Source: Edaphobacter aggregans (GTDB taxonomy: Bacteria; Acidobacteriota; Terriglobia; Terriglobales; Acidobacteriaceae). From it: 32,000 nucleotides of DNA. A program made the translations under genes and the position numbers. This document shows, in pieces, positions 1 through 7,599 of this stretch. The stretch covers positions 5,700,001 to 5,732,000 of the forward strand of contig NZ_RSDW01000001.1 of the NCBI RefSeq assembly GCF_003945235.1, written 5' to 3'. The first letter of the stretch is position 1. Each line of letters starts with the position of its first letter. The notes under the pieces were generated by a model, which was given only the letters and a program-made list of their open reading frames with translations, did no database searches and had not been told where the DNA came from.

Positions 1-100
1 TGCGAAGGAGGACACCGTAACCATGGAGGGGACCGAGGGAGACTGCCTTCAGGATAAGCATGTCGAGGGTTCCCTGGATGAGGTTGAGCTGGTCGGCCAT
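1..100 (-). CDS. PadR-family transcriptional regulator, N-terminal part (gene continues beyond the window start)
   Basis: The reverse strand from the ATG (rc of 98-100) reads MADQLNLIQGTLDMLILKAVSLGPLHGYGVLLR, the typical PadR winged-helix N-terminus. AGGAG (rc of 106-110) lies 5 nt upstream. The ORF track does not list it because it runs off the window. Confidence 0.6.
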   Translation of the reverse strand, partial: MADQLNLIQGTLDMLILKAVSLGPLHGYGVLLR

Positions 101-464
101 ACCTACTCCTAGAGGTTCTAGGAGAGAGTAGTGAGATTCTCCTAGATTGTCAAGGAGAAGTCCCTGTAGCTTTCTAATTGCCAGGTCAAAATGAGGCCGG
201 CAAATGCTGGCTTCTTCCACACAGTCGCCGAACCTCGAAGCGCTCCTGTCGTCGGGTTATGTCCGGCAACCAAAGTTACACTGCATCTAATTCTCGGTGA
301 GTGACAAATCGCCAGTTCACTCATCGACAAATTGAGGACGAGTCACACGGATGATAAGTCGGCTTTCTTTCCGGACAAGTGACCCTTGGCTTAATTGCTG
401 CCAATAGGCCAACGCACTCATCGAGCACCGATCCGATAAAGATGAGCATGGGCAAGTTACCAAT

Positions 465-817
465 GTGGAGAATTCAGCCAAGCTTATTTACGCCAGATCA
501 TGGAATGCGCAGCGGACTAACAGTCTTACTACGTGGGGTGAAGACACAGCAGCGAGTGAAGCAGATCCGACCTTCTCCAGCATCACCAGCAACACTGACA
601 AGTACACGACGGGCGTAATCCTTGTGACCCTTGAGGAACTTGAGGACAGCTATTTGATCTGGATTCGTTCATCAAGGGTGCATTTGGCCAGCGTCTCTAT
701 CGTGGACTCGCTAAGAACATCTCGCAGGGCTCTGGAAACTTTGCCAGCTACATCAGCGGTGCAACCTCTGCTGCTCCGACTGCAGTCACCTACACGCACC
801 TCTCGATATCCCAGTAA
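465..817 (+). pseudogene. HK97-type phage major capsid protein remnant (frameshifted)
   Basis: The frame of ORF 465..893 reads TTWGEDTAASEADPTFSSITSNTDKYTTGVILVTLEELEDS. The +1 frame then continues FDLDSFIKGAFGQRLYRGLAKNISQGSGNFASYISGATSAAPTAVTYTHLSISQ with a stop at 815-817. From memory, the pattern W.E...E.DPTF....V(S/T).ELLEDS..DL.S.I....GSG resembles the Phage_capsid family. The frameshift is near 650 and no intact ORF remains. Confidence 0.4.
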
Positions 818-958
818 ACTAAGTCCTCTCAATGGGATAGAAGAGATTCTGTGCAACATGTTGCGGGGCTGCCGTGAAATGTTTTCCCTATAAAACGGAA
901 CGAGCAAAACAGCACCACATCCTTTCCTCTGCATTCCCATTGGTTCGGTGATGCTCTC

Positions 959-1431
959 CTAGGAGTGGGAGAGAAACTTGCGACGGGCTGCACCTGCTAG
1001 GCCGACGATGCCTGTGCCGAGCAAAACGAAACAAGAAGGCTCGGGAACCGGTGTGTAGTCCACATCAATTCGGACAGAGTATGGGACGACCACTTGACCA
1101 CCGCCGGTGATATAACCAGCCCAGTTATAGCCTTGAGTATTTACCGTACCGATGATGCTACCGCCCCCAAAAATGTAAGGTCCAAAGTTCCGGTAGACAC
1201 TTCGTTGCCGTTTATTATCGGAGTAGTGGGAATACCACTTAATGGAAAGCCAGTGGGATAAACATCAAAGAAGCTTGCGACCGCAGGCTCGTTGAATGTC
1301 GGCGGTATATGCACGTCATTCGAAACATAGTCGGGTGGGGGATGCCTTCTGGGGCAATAGAGGCAGACGCAGTTCCTTCGATTGGTGTTGCAGGAAAAAT
1401 AGCTTGCGACGGAATGCCCCCAGGGCACCAA
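959..1431 (-). pseudogene. PEP-CTERM sorting-signal protein, frameshifted
   Basis: The minus frame ending at TAG 959-961 reads GPYIFGGGSIIGTVNTQGYNWAGYITGGGQVVVPYSVRIDVDYTPVPEPSCFVLLGTGIVGLAGAARRKFLSHS. This is a canonical PEP + hydrophobic + RRK tail (977-1048). The upstream body lies in another frame (ORF 1141..1431, ...FDVYPTGFPLSGIPTTPIINGNEVSTGTL) and joins only through a frameshift near 1183-1192. I found no N-terminal signal peptide. Confidence 0.55.
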
Positions 1432-1471
1432 GCAGGCCAGTCCCTAACAGCGCCAGAGTGGACGGCTCTGG
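1403..1471 (-). other. Second PEP-CTERM-like motif, probably the tail of a lost upstream gene
   Basis: ORF 1316..1537 (-) contains PEPSTLALLGTGLLGALGAFRRK. The frame then runs on for 28 non-sensible codons instead of stopping, and no credible protein body precedes the motif. Confidence 0.4.
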
Positions 1472-1545
1472 GGTTGCGGCTGGCGGTGGGTCAAGTACCA
1501 GACTTCCAGTTTTGAAGATCGTAAATAGTCTCGTCACTATCCTGA

Positions 1546-1734
1546 CTAAGGCTGGCGAGATAGTGTCAAAATATTGGTCTTCGCCAGTTGGTGACGAATG
1601 TCCAGTGCCTCCTGGTAGTCGGTCTCAGCTTCCTTTAGTCGCTGTGTCTCGCTGTAGAGAAACGCTACCTGAGTGCTGCGTCGCAACTCTTCCATGTCAC
1701 CGACAGATAACGAAGTACGTCGCTTTTTGATCAA
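1546..1734 (-). pseudogene. TPR-like fragment (short, no context)
   Basis: The sequence AFLYSETQRLKEAETDYQEALDIRHQLAKTN resembles a TPR repeat of the TPR_12 style. Only one repeat is present, and the start is an alternative codon directly after the stop of the neighbouring remnant. Confidence 0.25.
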
Positions 1735-1905
1735 TCAATCTTCATTCGGGGACTTGCCGGGAGTCGAAAACACGAGTCTCATCTTGAGGTCCATCGCAAC
1801 CTGCTCCAGGTGTTTCGAAGTGAAGTCAACGCCGTTATCGGTTGTAGAGAACGTCAGGGATGCCGCAGATCTGCTAGTGCGGCTCAGCCTTTGTCCAGAT
1901 CCCCT
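1735..1905 (-). mobile_element. DDE (rve-type) transposase catalytic-core remnant
   Basis: The minus strand reads ICGIPDVLY, then after a frameshift TDNGVDFTSKHLEQVAMDLKMRLVFSTPGKSPNED with a stop at 1735-1737. TDNG.(D/E)F.S followed by G.P is the signature of the integrase-core DDE domain. Only about 50 codons survive. Confidence 0.45.
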
Positions 1906-2108
1906 GTCTTAGGGCGAGCTAGGTTCGAAGCGAAGAAGGTGGACGGTGGTGCTTCCATCGCTACGGCTCAAAAATATATTGCCGTTTCGTATCGTTCCGG
2001 TGGTGGTTTCCAGCACTGTCGGTTCCTCCCTGTGTCAAATATCACTTCCCCTTGGCGTTTCCCGGCTATAGAGATAATTCGGTCCTGCGGTGGACGTTGT
2101 GTGCCCTC

Positions 2109-5078
2109 TTACTTTCCGTTTCTCTTGAAATCCAGGATCGTCTCGAATGTGCCGGTGTGGTACACAGCCGACCTCCACGGCACACTCAAAAGGAATATAG
2201 AGTCTGGATGGCAGCCAACGATGTTGATACTAAAGGCGGCACTAACAGTGCCACTTGTAGCGATATCGCCAAGTACGATCGGGAAACTTCCCGGTGCCGT
2301 AATCTGTGGGCTGCATCGTGGTCCAAAGAGCTGCGTAAGCTTGATGCCGCTGATCTGCGTCGTATAAGCCGGTCCTACGCTGCCGTTGGTCGCGGTGATG
2401 GTCAGCGTGCTTGTATGCCTCTCGCCTTCCGTCGTGGAAGCGGAGAACCTCAACCCGAAGCCGGGCAACTGTGTCCGATCCACGATTCCCCAATAAGCTG
2501 GCTTGGCCTGCAATCCCATGTCGAAAGGCAGCGGATAGTCTGTCCGAGCAACTGGGAAGCCATCGAGCCAGGTGTCGTCATCCGCGAAACCCCAGAACGT
2601 AACGGCACTTAGTTTCCCTCTCAACCGCCGCAGCGCTTCAAAATAATGCGCATAGAGCCAGCCTTGCTCTGCCAGAACCGACGGCGGAATATCGTTGCCA
2701 TAGTTCGAGGTCGCATCGCCAGCGTTATAGACGCTCATATCCATCTCGGTGATCTGCTGCTCAATCCCAGAAAATTTCTCCGCAACGGTGTCGATAGCCT
2801 TGACCATTGCCTCGGTCGATGGATAGTTGATTGCGTTATGCATCTCGTGTCCGACGCCGTCGAGCGGAATGCCCCGACTACGCAAATCGCCAACCACCTG
2901 CACCAGGCAAGCGAGTCTGTTCGGATCCGTGGTGCTGTAATCATTGATAAACAACTTCGTACCCGCGGGCGCATATTCCCTGGCCGCTTGCAGGGCGATA
3001 TCGATATAACTCTTCCCGAGGACGTTATAGAACGGACCATGAGCGAGGCAGTCCGGCTGTGAAGGATCGAGCAGTTCATTCACCACGTCCCACACATACA
3101 CATTGCTACCAAAATGCTGCACCTCGCTCTGGATATGCTCTTGAATATTAGCTGTCACCACAGCCTGATTGGCAGGTGAGTTCGTCCCATCGCCTGTAGC
3201 GTAGGCAGGAGTCTGCGCCCCAGTTGCCCACACCAGATTATGTCCCCGTATCTTCATGCCATTGCACACGGCGAGCCTAACCTCGCTATCAGCATTCCCG
3301 TAGGTATAAGTGCCCTTCGTATCCTCCACCGAACTCCACTTCATGTCATTGCCTGAAACGATGCTGTCGAAATGCATCGTCAGCAACTGGGCATGTGGGC
3401 CTGACAGATCGGTCGTATCGATCTCTGCACCGACTGGGAAGAACTCGGACAGAGTCTTGTAAATCGAAGGAATATTTGTTTGAATCGTCGGTGGCGGAAC
3501 ATAACTAAGTTGGAAGTCGTCAACATAGAACGACACAAGATCAGCCCCTGACGGTGGAACTGTTTGCAGATACAGAAAGGCCGTCCCCGGATCGTAGCTG
3601 CTCGCCATGTTGTAGCCGATGACGCTGATCTGGTGCCAGTTTCCGTCCGCAGGCACAGTGATTCCTGGATAAGAAGTAATGCTTGGGAAACTCGTGTTGC
3701 CGTCGAGCGTGGTCTGCAAGCTCATATTGATGACATGGTTCGAGTCATCCGTCCGAACCAGCATCACCCATGCGCTGATGTTGTACCGCGAGCCGCTGTA
3801 CATCTTGTTGCTGACATTAATCTGCGGTCCGTCGTAGTTCGCAGTCCGTCCTGTGGTCAGCAGACTGTGGGTTCCGCTGTGTGCCGCCGCGGTCGAGTTG
3901 GCCACTGTGGAATTACCCGTACGCGAACTCCACCCATCTAGCCCGCCATCTTCGAACGTCGACGTGATCCCCGTGTTGTCCTGTTGGCTCGGATTCGGTG
4001 GTGGCGGCGAAAGTTCACCGATGACAACATCGCTGATATAGAACGAATCCGTCGCGCTGCTCGATTGGAAGTAGAGTGTCAGCCCCGTGGGTGGCCCAGG
4101 CAGATTACTGAAGCTAAGCGTGCCCTGCACCTTGGTCCAGACCGTACTCGACAGCGGCCCCGAGGTCGCAATATTGCCGAAGGCCCCGGAACTGGCGCAG
4201 TCTGTCGTCTTCGTCGAAATCGTAGCAGTCGGACTACTGTTGTCTGGAGCCGCAAGCAGCACATACGCGCTCACCTGATATGTCGCGCCTGCAACTACAT
4301 TCGGGACACTCAACAGATTGAGGCTTGGTCCCATAAATCCGGCCGTCCGGTTCGTCGTCAGAAGCGCCTGTTGGTCGCCATTCGGATCGAGCACGGGAGG
4401 CGCGGCGTTGCTTAGCGATACTGACCCGAATGGAGCCCATCCATCCAGCCCGCCATCAGCAAACGTATAAGTCGCAATTGGCGTTCCACCTGGAGGTGGC
4501 GCTGTCTCTGTAATCACGACATCATCCAGATAAAACGACTGTGCCGTCGTCGGCCCAACGAGTTGCGCATAAAGCTGCAGCCCTGTCTCTGTGGTGCTGA
4601 CCGTATAGCTTCCGCCAATCTGTGCCCAGCCTGAGTTCGACACAGGCACCTGGTACGTGCCGATCGTGTCGTAGCATGTCCCACCCGAACAACTCGGATC
4701 GCTACGCTTCATTGTGAAATTGGCATTCGTTGCAGTCTCTCCAGGCGTCAGCTGGACAAAGCCGGTGATCGTATACTTTGCGCCGGCCAGAAGAACTCTG
4801 CTCACCAGAATCGAGGGTCCGCCCGCGCCGGTGGAACTAGTCGTCGTCAGTAGACTGAATGATCCGCTGTGGGCGGCGGTATTCGTTGCGACAGGCGTAC
4901 TCGCGCCATTGAACGAACTCCAGCCATCGGGTGTTCCGTCTTCAAAGCCATACGTAGCCACCGTCTGCGCACCAATGTGGCCAGCGAATAGGACTATGAC
5001 AAGAGAGATCACACAGAAAAGAGAAACGATTCGATCTCTGAAAGAATGGAGAGTGTATTTAATGGCCGAGTCGAACAT
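2109..5078 (-). CDS. GH10 endo-1,4-beta-xylanase with three N-terminal CBM4_9/CBM22-like modules and a C-terminal Ig-like domain
   Basis: GH10 motifs are present: RGHNLVW, VWDVVNELLD (acid/base Glu) and QITEMDMS (nucleophile Glu). Three repeated modules start TYGFEDGTPDGWSSF, TYTFADGGLDGWAPF and TSTFEDGGLDGWSSR, separated by Pro-rich linkers (TAPPPGGTP, SPPPPNPS, YVPPPTIQ). The signal peptide is IVSLFCVISLVIVLFAGHIGAQT. I place the start at ATG 5078 (MFDSAIKY) because GGAGGG lies 8 nt upstream; the track start 5096 is a TTG. Confidence 0.9.
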   Translation of the reverse strand: MFDSAIKYTLHSFRDRIVSLFCVISLVIVLFAGHIGAQTVATYGFEDGTPDGWSSFNGASTPVATNTAAHSGSFSLLTTTSSTGAGGPSILVSRVLLAGAKYTITGFVQLTPGETATNANFTMKRSDPSCSGGTCYDTIGTYQVPVSNSGWAQIGGSYTVSTTETGLQLYAQLVGPTTAQSFYLDDVVITETAPPPGGTPIATYTFADGGLDGWAPFGSVSLSNAAPPVLDPNGDQQALLTTNRTAGFMGPSLNLLSVPNVVAGATYQVSAYVLLAAPDNSSPTATISTKTTDCASSGAFGNIATSGPLSSTVWTKVQGTLSFSNLPGPPTGLTLYFQSSSATDSFYISDVVIGELSPPPPNPSQQDNTGITSTFEDGGLDGWSSRTGNSTVANSTAAAHSGTHSLLTTGRTANYDGPQINVSNKMYSGSRYNISAWVMLVRTDDSNHVINMSLQTTLDGNTSFPSITSYPGITVPADGNWHQISVIGYNMASSYDPGTAFLYLQTVPPSGADLVSFYVDDFQLSYVPPPTIQTNIPSIYKTLSEFFPVGAEIDTTDLSGPHAQLLTMHFDSIVSGNDMKWSSVEDTKGTYTYGNADSEVRLAVCNGMKIRGHNLVWATGAQTPAYATGDGTNSPANQAVVTANIQEHIQSEVQHFGSNVYVWDVVNELLDPSQPDCLAHGPFYNVLGKSYIDIALQAAREYAPAGTKLFINDYSTTDPNRLACLVQVVGDLRSRGIPLDGVGHEMHNAINYPSTEAMVKAIDTVAEKFSGIEQQITEMDMSVYNAGDATSNYGNDIPPSVLAEQGWLYAHYFEALRRLRGKLSAVTFWGFADDDTWLDGFPVARTDYPLPFDMGLQAKPAYWGIVDRTQLPGFGLRFSASTTEGERHTSTLTITATNGSVGPAYTTQISGIKLTQLFGPRCSPQITAPGSFPIVLGDIATSGTVSAAFSINIVGCHPDSIFLLSVPWRSAVYHTGTFETILDFKRNGK

Positions 5079-5663
5079 AATGTTTTCCCTCCTCAAGACC
5101 GTCGACGTATGCCGCTTCGTCGCGGCGATGGGCCAGCTACTCGATTGGGAAGTAATTTTGTTTTACTAAGCGCTTGAAACGCTAAACACCTGATACGGTG
5201 GCTGTCAACTGACTCGTGCATTTATTTGGAACGCGTGATTTGGGATACATATTGTTTTCTCGCCATACAAAATGAAATGGATTTCATGCGCCGCTACATA
5301 CCACTTCGGGTTGTGCCCGTGTTCACTGCCCGACCACCTCTACAGGCGTTTCTGCCCAATGCAGAGACGGAACGTACGGCTTAGCGAGCATCGTTACCGT
5401 AGAAAGTTAATCGAGTCATCACTTGCAGGCTGCCGTTCGAGCTCCGTTTACTGCGATATCTGTACGGTACGCATTTTCCGTGCCGGAGGCGGTTCAACGC
5501 GGGGAGTTACGACCGCTCTGCAGCCCGTACGACTGCACAGAGGAGGTCGCCTGAATCCTTAAGCGAGTTTTCTGTTCCATGGCTCCCCAAAATCCATGAA
5601 TCGTTCTTTGATTGTGTCGGGGGAGTATTGTCGTCGCTCCGCAAGCTATCTGACCCCGGACTC

Positions 5664-5703
5664 GCCCCCGCGCCGGGGGGCAACTTCCCCGAAACGGGGT
5701 TTT
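5664..5703 (+). terminator. Tandem GC-rich hairpins followed by a T-run (terminator-like on the + strand)
   Basis: Hairpin 1 is GCCCCC-gcgccg-GGGGGC (5664-5681). Hairpin 2 is CCCCG-aaa-CGGGG (5687-5699), followed by TTTT (5700-5703). No credible + strand ORF lies upstream, so this could end a small RNA. On the minus strand there is no U-tract. Confidence 0.3.
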
Positions 5704-5888
5704 CGGCAACAATCGTTAGAATTTCATAGCATCACTATCGAGAAGCCAATTTGTCGTTACTTGATAAATCTCTTCCCGCCCGTTCTAGGTCCCGAACGCG
5801 TGTTTGTCACAGAAAGCACGCTCGAGAACTCGGCATTGCACGAGAAATTCCTTGAGTTGGCACCTGAAATGAAGGCGCAGTTACAACA

Positions 5889-6083
5889 TCAGGCTCTTTT
5901 TGCAGCCTGCGCGTCATCAGTTACGGCTGCTTTGCCGACTGCCTTTCTCTTACCGGAGGGCTTGGACAAGCCAAGTCCGACCGCTTCTTCCACTGCATTC
6001 TCGGTTAAGCCCTTCTTCACAGCTTTTCTGACCGCTTTTTCAAGCTTCTTCGCGGCCTTCTTCTTTGCCTTATCATTCGCCAT
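5889..6083 (-). CDS. Small lysine/alanine-rich basic protein (histone-H1-like composition)
   Basis: The 64-aa product is MANDKAKKKAAKKLEKAVRKAVKKGLTENAVEEAVGLGLSKPSGKRKAVGKAAVTDDAQAAKRA. GAGGA lies just upstream of the ATG (rc of 6084-6095). The opposite-strand ORF is an F/A/L-rich shadow. Confidence 0.5.
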   Translation of the reverse strand: MANDKAKKKAAKKLEKAVRKAVKKGLTENAVEEAVGLGLSKPSGKRKAVGKAAVTDDAQAAKRA

Positions 6084-6133
6084 ATTTCCTCACAGTTATT
6101 TCTGCCGTCGAGCAGCCTTCTTGACAGTCTTCT

Positions 6134-6427
6134 TCACGGCTTTCTTAGCCGGCGTCTTCTTGGCTGCGTTTTTTTGGCAGCCTTCTTCGCAGCTGACTTC
6201 TTACCCGCCATCTTGGTCCCAGGTTTTTTGACGGCCTTCGTGGCAGGTGCTTTCTTTGCAGCCCGCTTGACCGGAGCTTTCGTGGCAGGTGCCTTCTTTA
6301 AAGCTTCTGTTCCCGTCGCCACCGCTGCACCAACTGCTGTTTTAACAGCGCCAGCGACATCTTCTGCCATCGCAATTCCGAAACCAACCGCCTCACCGGC
6401 CTTTTCGACCATCGTTTTCTCAGCCAT
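6134..6427 (-). CDS. Lysine/alanine-rich histone-H1-like / nucleoid-type protein
   Basis: An A/G/V-rich N-terminal half (MAEKTMVEKAGEAVGFGIAMAEDVAGAVKTAVGAAVATG) is followed by KKAPATKAPVKRAAKKAPATKAVKKPGTKMAGKKSAAKKAAKK. The ATG at 6427 has GAGGA 7 nt upstream; the track start 6433 is a GTG. The C-terminus TQPRRRRLRKP follows an A7 run and looks frame-shifted (see findings). Confidence 0.6.
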   Translation of the reverse strand: MAEKTMVEKAGEAVGFGIAMAEDVAGAVKTAVGAAVATGTEALKKAPATKAPVKRAAKKAPATKAVKKPGTKMAGKKSAAKKAAKKTQPRRRRLRKP

Positions 6428-6560
6428 TCTCACATCCTCAGTCTTTGCGTTTTACACGCAGTTACGAATTGTAGAGGCATATCGACGTACGCGCCCAAAT
6501 CTTTCCCGTCAGGGTATAAGCTTTTCTGTATGTGGCAGGCTCGTCGTGCACCCGCCACAA

Positions 6561-7051
6561 ATGCCTTCCAACCCTCTTCGATGCGCTGTTACCATCCACC
6601 TTCACCAGGCCGCATCTCTTACGCCCGAGCAGTACATCGCTGGCCTTACCGATTTTGGGCCCGGCCGATTAGCGTTGTTCGGAAACAGCGCTGACGAAGA
6701 TCTCAAGGTGCATCAGCTGGCCATGCCCAAGCTGACGTCACTGAAGGCTCCCGAGGCGTGTGGGAGCGCCTGCATTTACGATTGGTCCGATCCGACCATG
6801 TCGTCCTCACCACCACAGTCTCCAACACACGGGGCGGCGCCTCTGGGCACGGCTACACATTTATTCGTCATTCCGACGGTACAACCGACATTGACGTTGT
6901 GGTCACACGCGAGGGTAAAAACCTCAAAGGACACCTACTCAGTTTCGTCCTCGAATCCATTGGCAGGAACGTTCTGGAGAAGGCATTCGTAAACAGCATT
7001 AAGGCGATTGAAGCGAGGAATGGCGTAACGACGCAGCCGAGCGCGGCATGA
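6561..7051 (+). pseudogene. SRPBCC-like conserved protein, frameshifted
   Basis: ATG 6561 opens MPSNPLRCAVTIHLHQAASLTPEQYIAGLTDFGPGRLALFGNSADEDLKVHQL in frame 0. The continuation ADVTEGSRGVWERLH...HVVLTTTVSNTRGGASGHGYTFIRHSDGTTDIDVVVTREGKNLKGHLLSFVLESIGRNVLEKAFVNSIKAIEARNG is in frame 2, which opens only at 6695. The switch lies near 6710-6725. The family name is from memory of similar SRPBCC-annotated proteins. Confidence 0.45.
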
Positions 7052-7238
7052 GCCGCACATCTGAGCCACGGACCGAAATAGCCACGGTAAACTCATTTGG
7101 TCATTGATCGCAGTAGTCAGAGTCTCAATTGAGGACTTCCGGGACAATGCGCTCATCGAGCTTGGGATAGAGGCCGGGATCAGTCCTCATCAACGCTCTT
7201 CTACTGAGTTGAGTCGGTCACTGCTGAGAAGACGACTC

Positions 7239-7502
7239 TTAAGGACTAATCGGCGCTTTGCCTAAGGCACAAGCCCTGCTAATCAGCCATAACGTGATCG
7301 CATTAGCCACAGCCTGCGCGGTTGCGCGGGCTCCAGCCATGGTTGGATGGAAGCTGGTTCCCGTTTTCGGCCGGAAGCCATTCACCCAGGGCTCCGCGCT
7401 GCACGCATCATGATTAGCCGACAGGACAGCCATATCGACAACAGTCGCGCCGGTGCGTTCAGCGGTCTCGCGCGTTACTTGAGCAAGCTTCTCCGCAACC
7501 AA
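7239..7502 (-). pseudogene. SGNH/GDSL hydrolase, C-terminal fragment only
   Basis: The fragment reads AERTGATVVDMAVLSANHDACSAEPWVNGFRPKTGTSFHPTMAGARATAQAV. This matches block V (D..HP) and the preceding H..CS..PW.NG of SEST-like SGNH lipases. A TGA lies directly upstream of the ORF, and no N-terminal GDS block is found. Confidence 0.5.
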
Positions 7503-7599
7503 AGCGCATCAGTGAAGCGTGGTGTACAGGCGCAGAATCACTCACAGAATCAAAACTTCAACGGTGACGGCGATCGAAATTCCAACGACAATCCGTGGC

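Noticed and set aside
142-330. 62-aa minus-strand ORF upstream of the PadR gene
   Set aside because: It has no SD or motif, an odd composition, and lies in the PadR promoter region.
2052-5169. Many + strand ORFs of 60-190 aa overlapping the GH10 gene (for example 2052..2612, 2646..3062, 3984..4415, 4714..5169)
   Set aside because: They lie antisense to, or out of frame within, a well-supported 989-codon gene. Their products are R/P/C-rich and not protein-like.
5272-5562. 96-aa ORF in the xylanase upstream region
   Set aside because: Its R/C-rich composition is not protein-like, and it has no SD and no recognisable motif. I treat the region as non-coding.
5596-6560. Large + strand ORFs (211 aa at 5596..6231 and the first 129 codons of 6174..6992) rich in F/A/L/S
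   Set aside because: They are the antisense shadow of the K/A-rich minus-strand genes (AAG/GCN read backwards as CTT/NGC). They have no SD and an implausible composition. Only the part of 6174..6992 from ATG 6561 onward looks like real coding sequence (the SRPBCC-like N-terminus).
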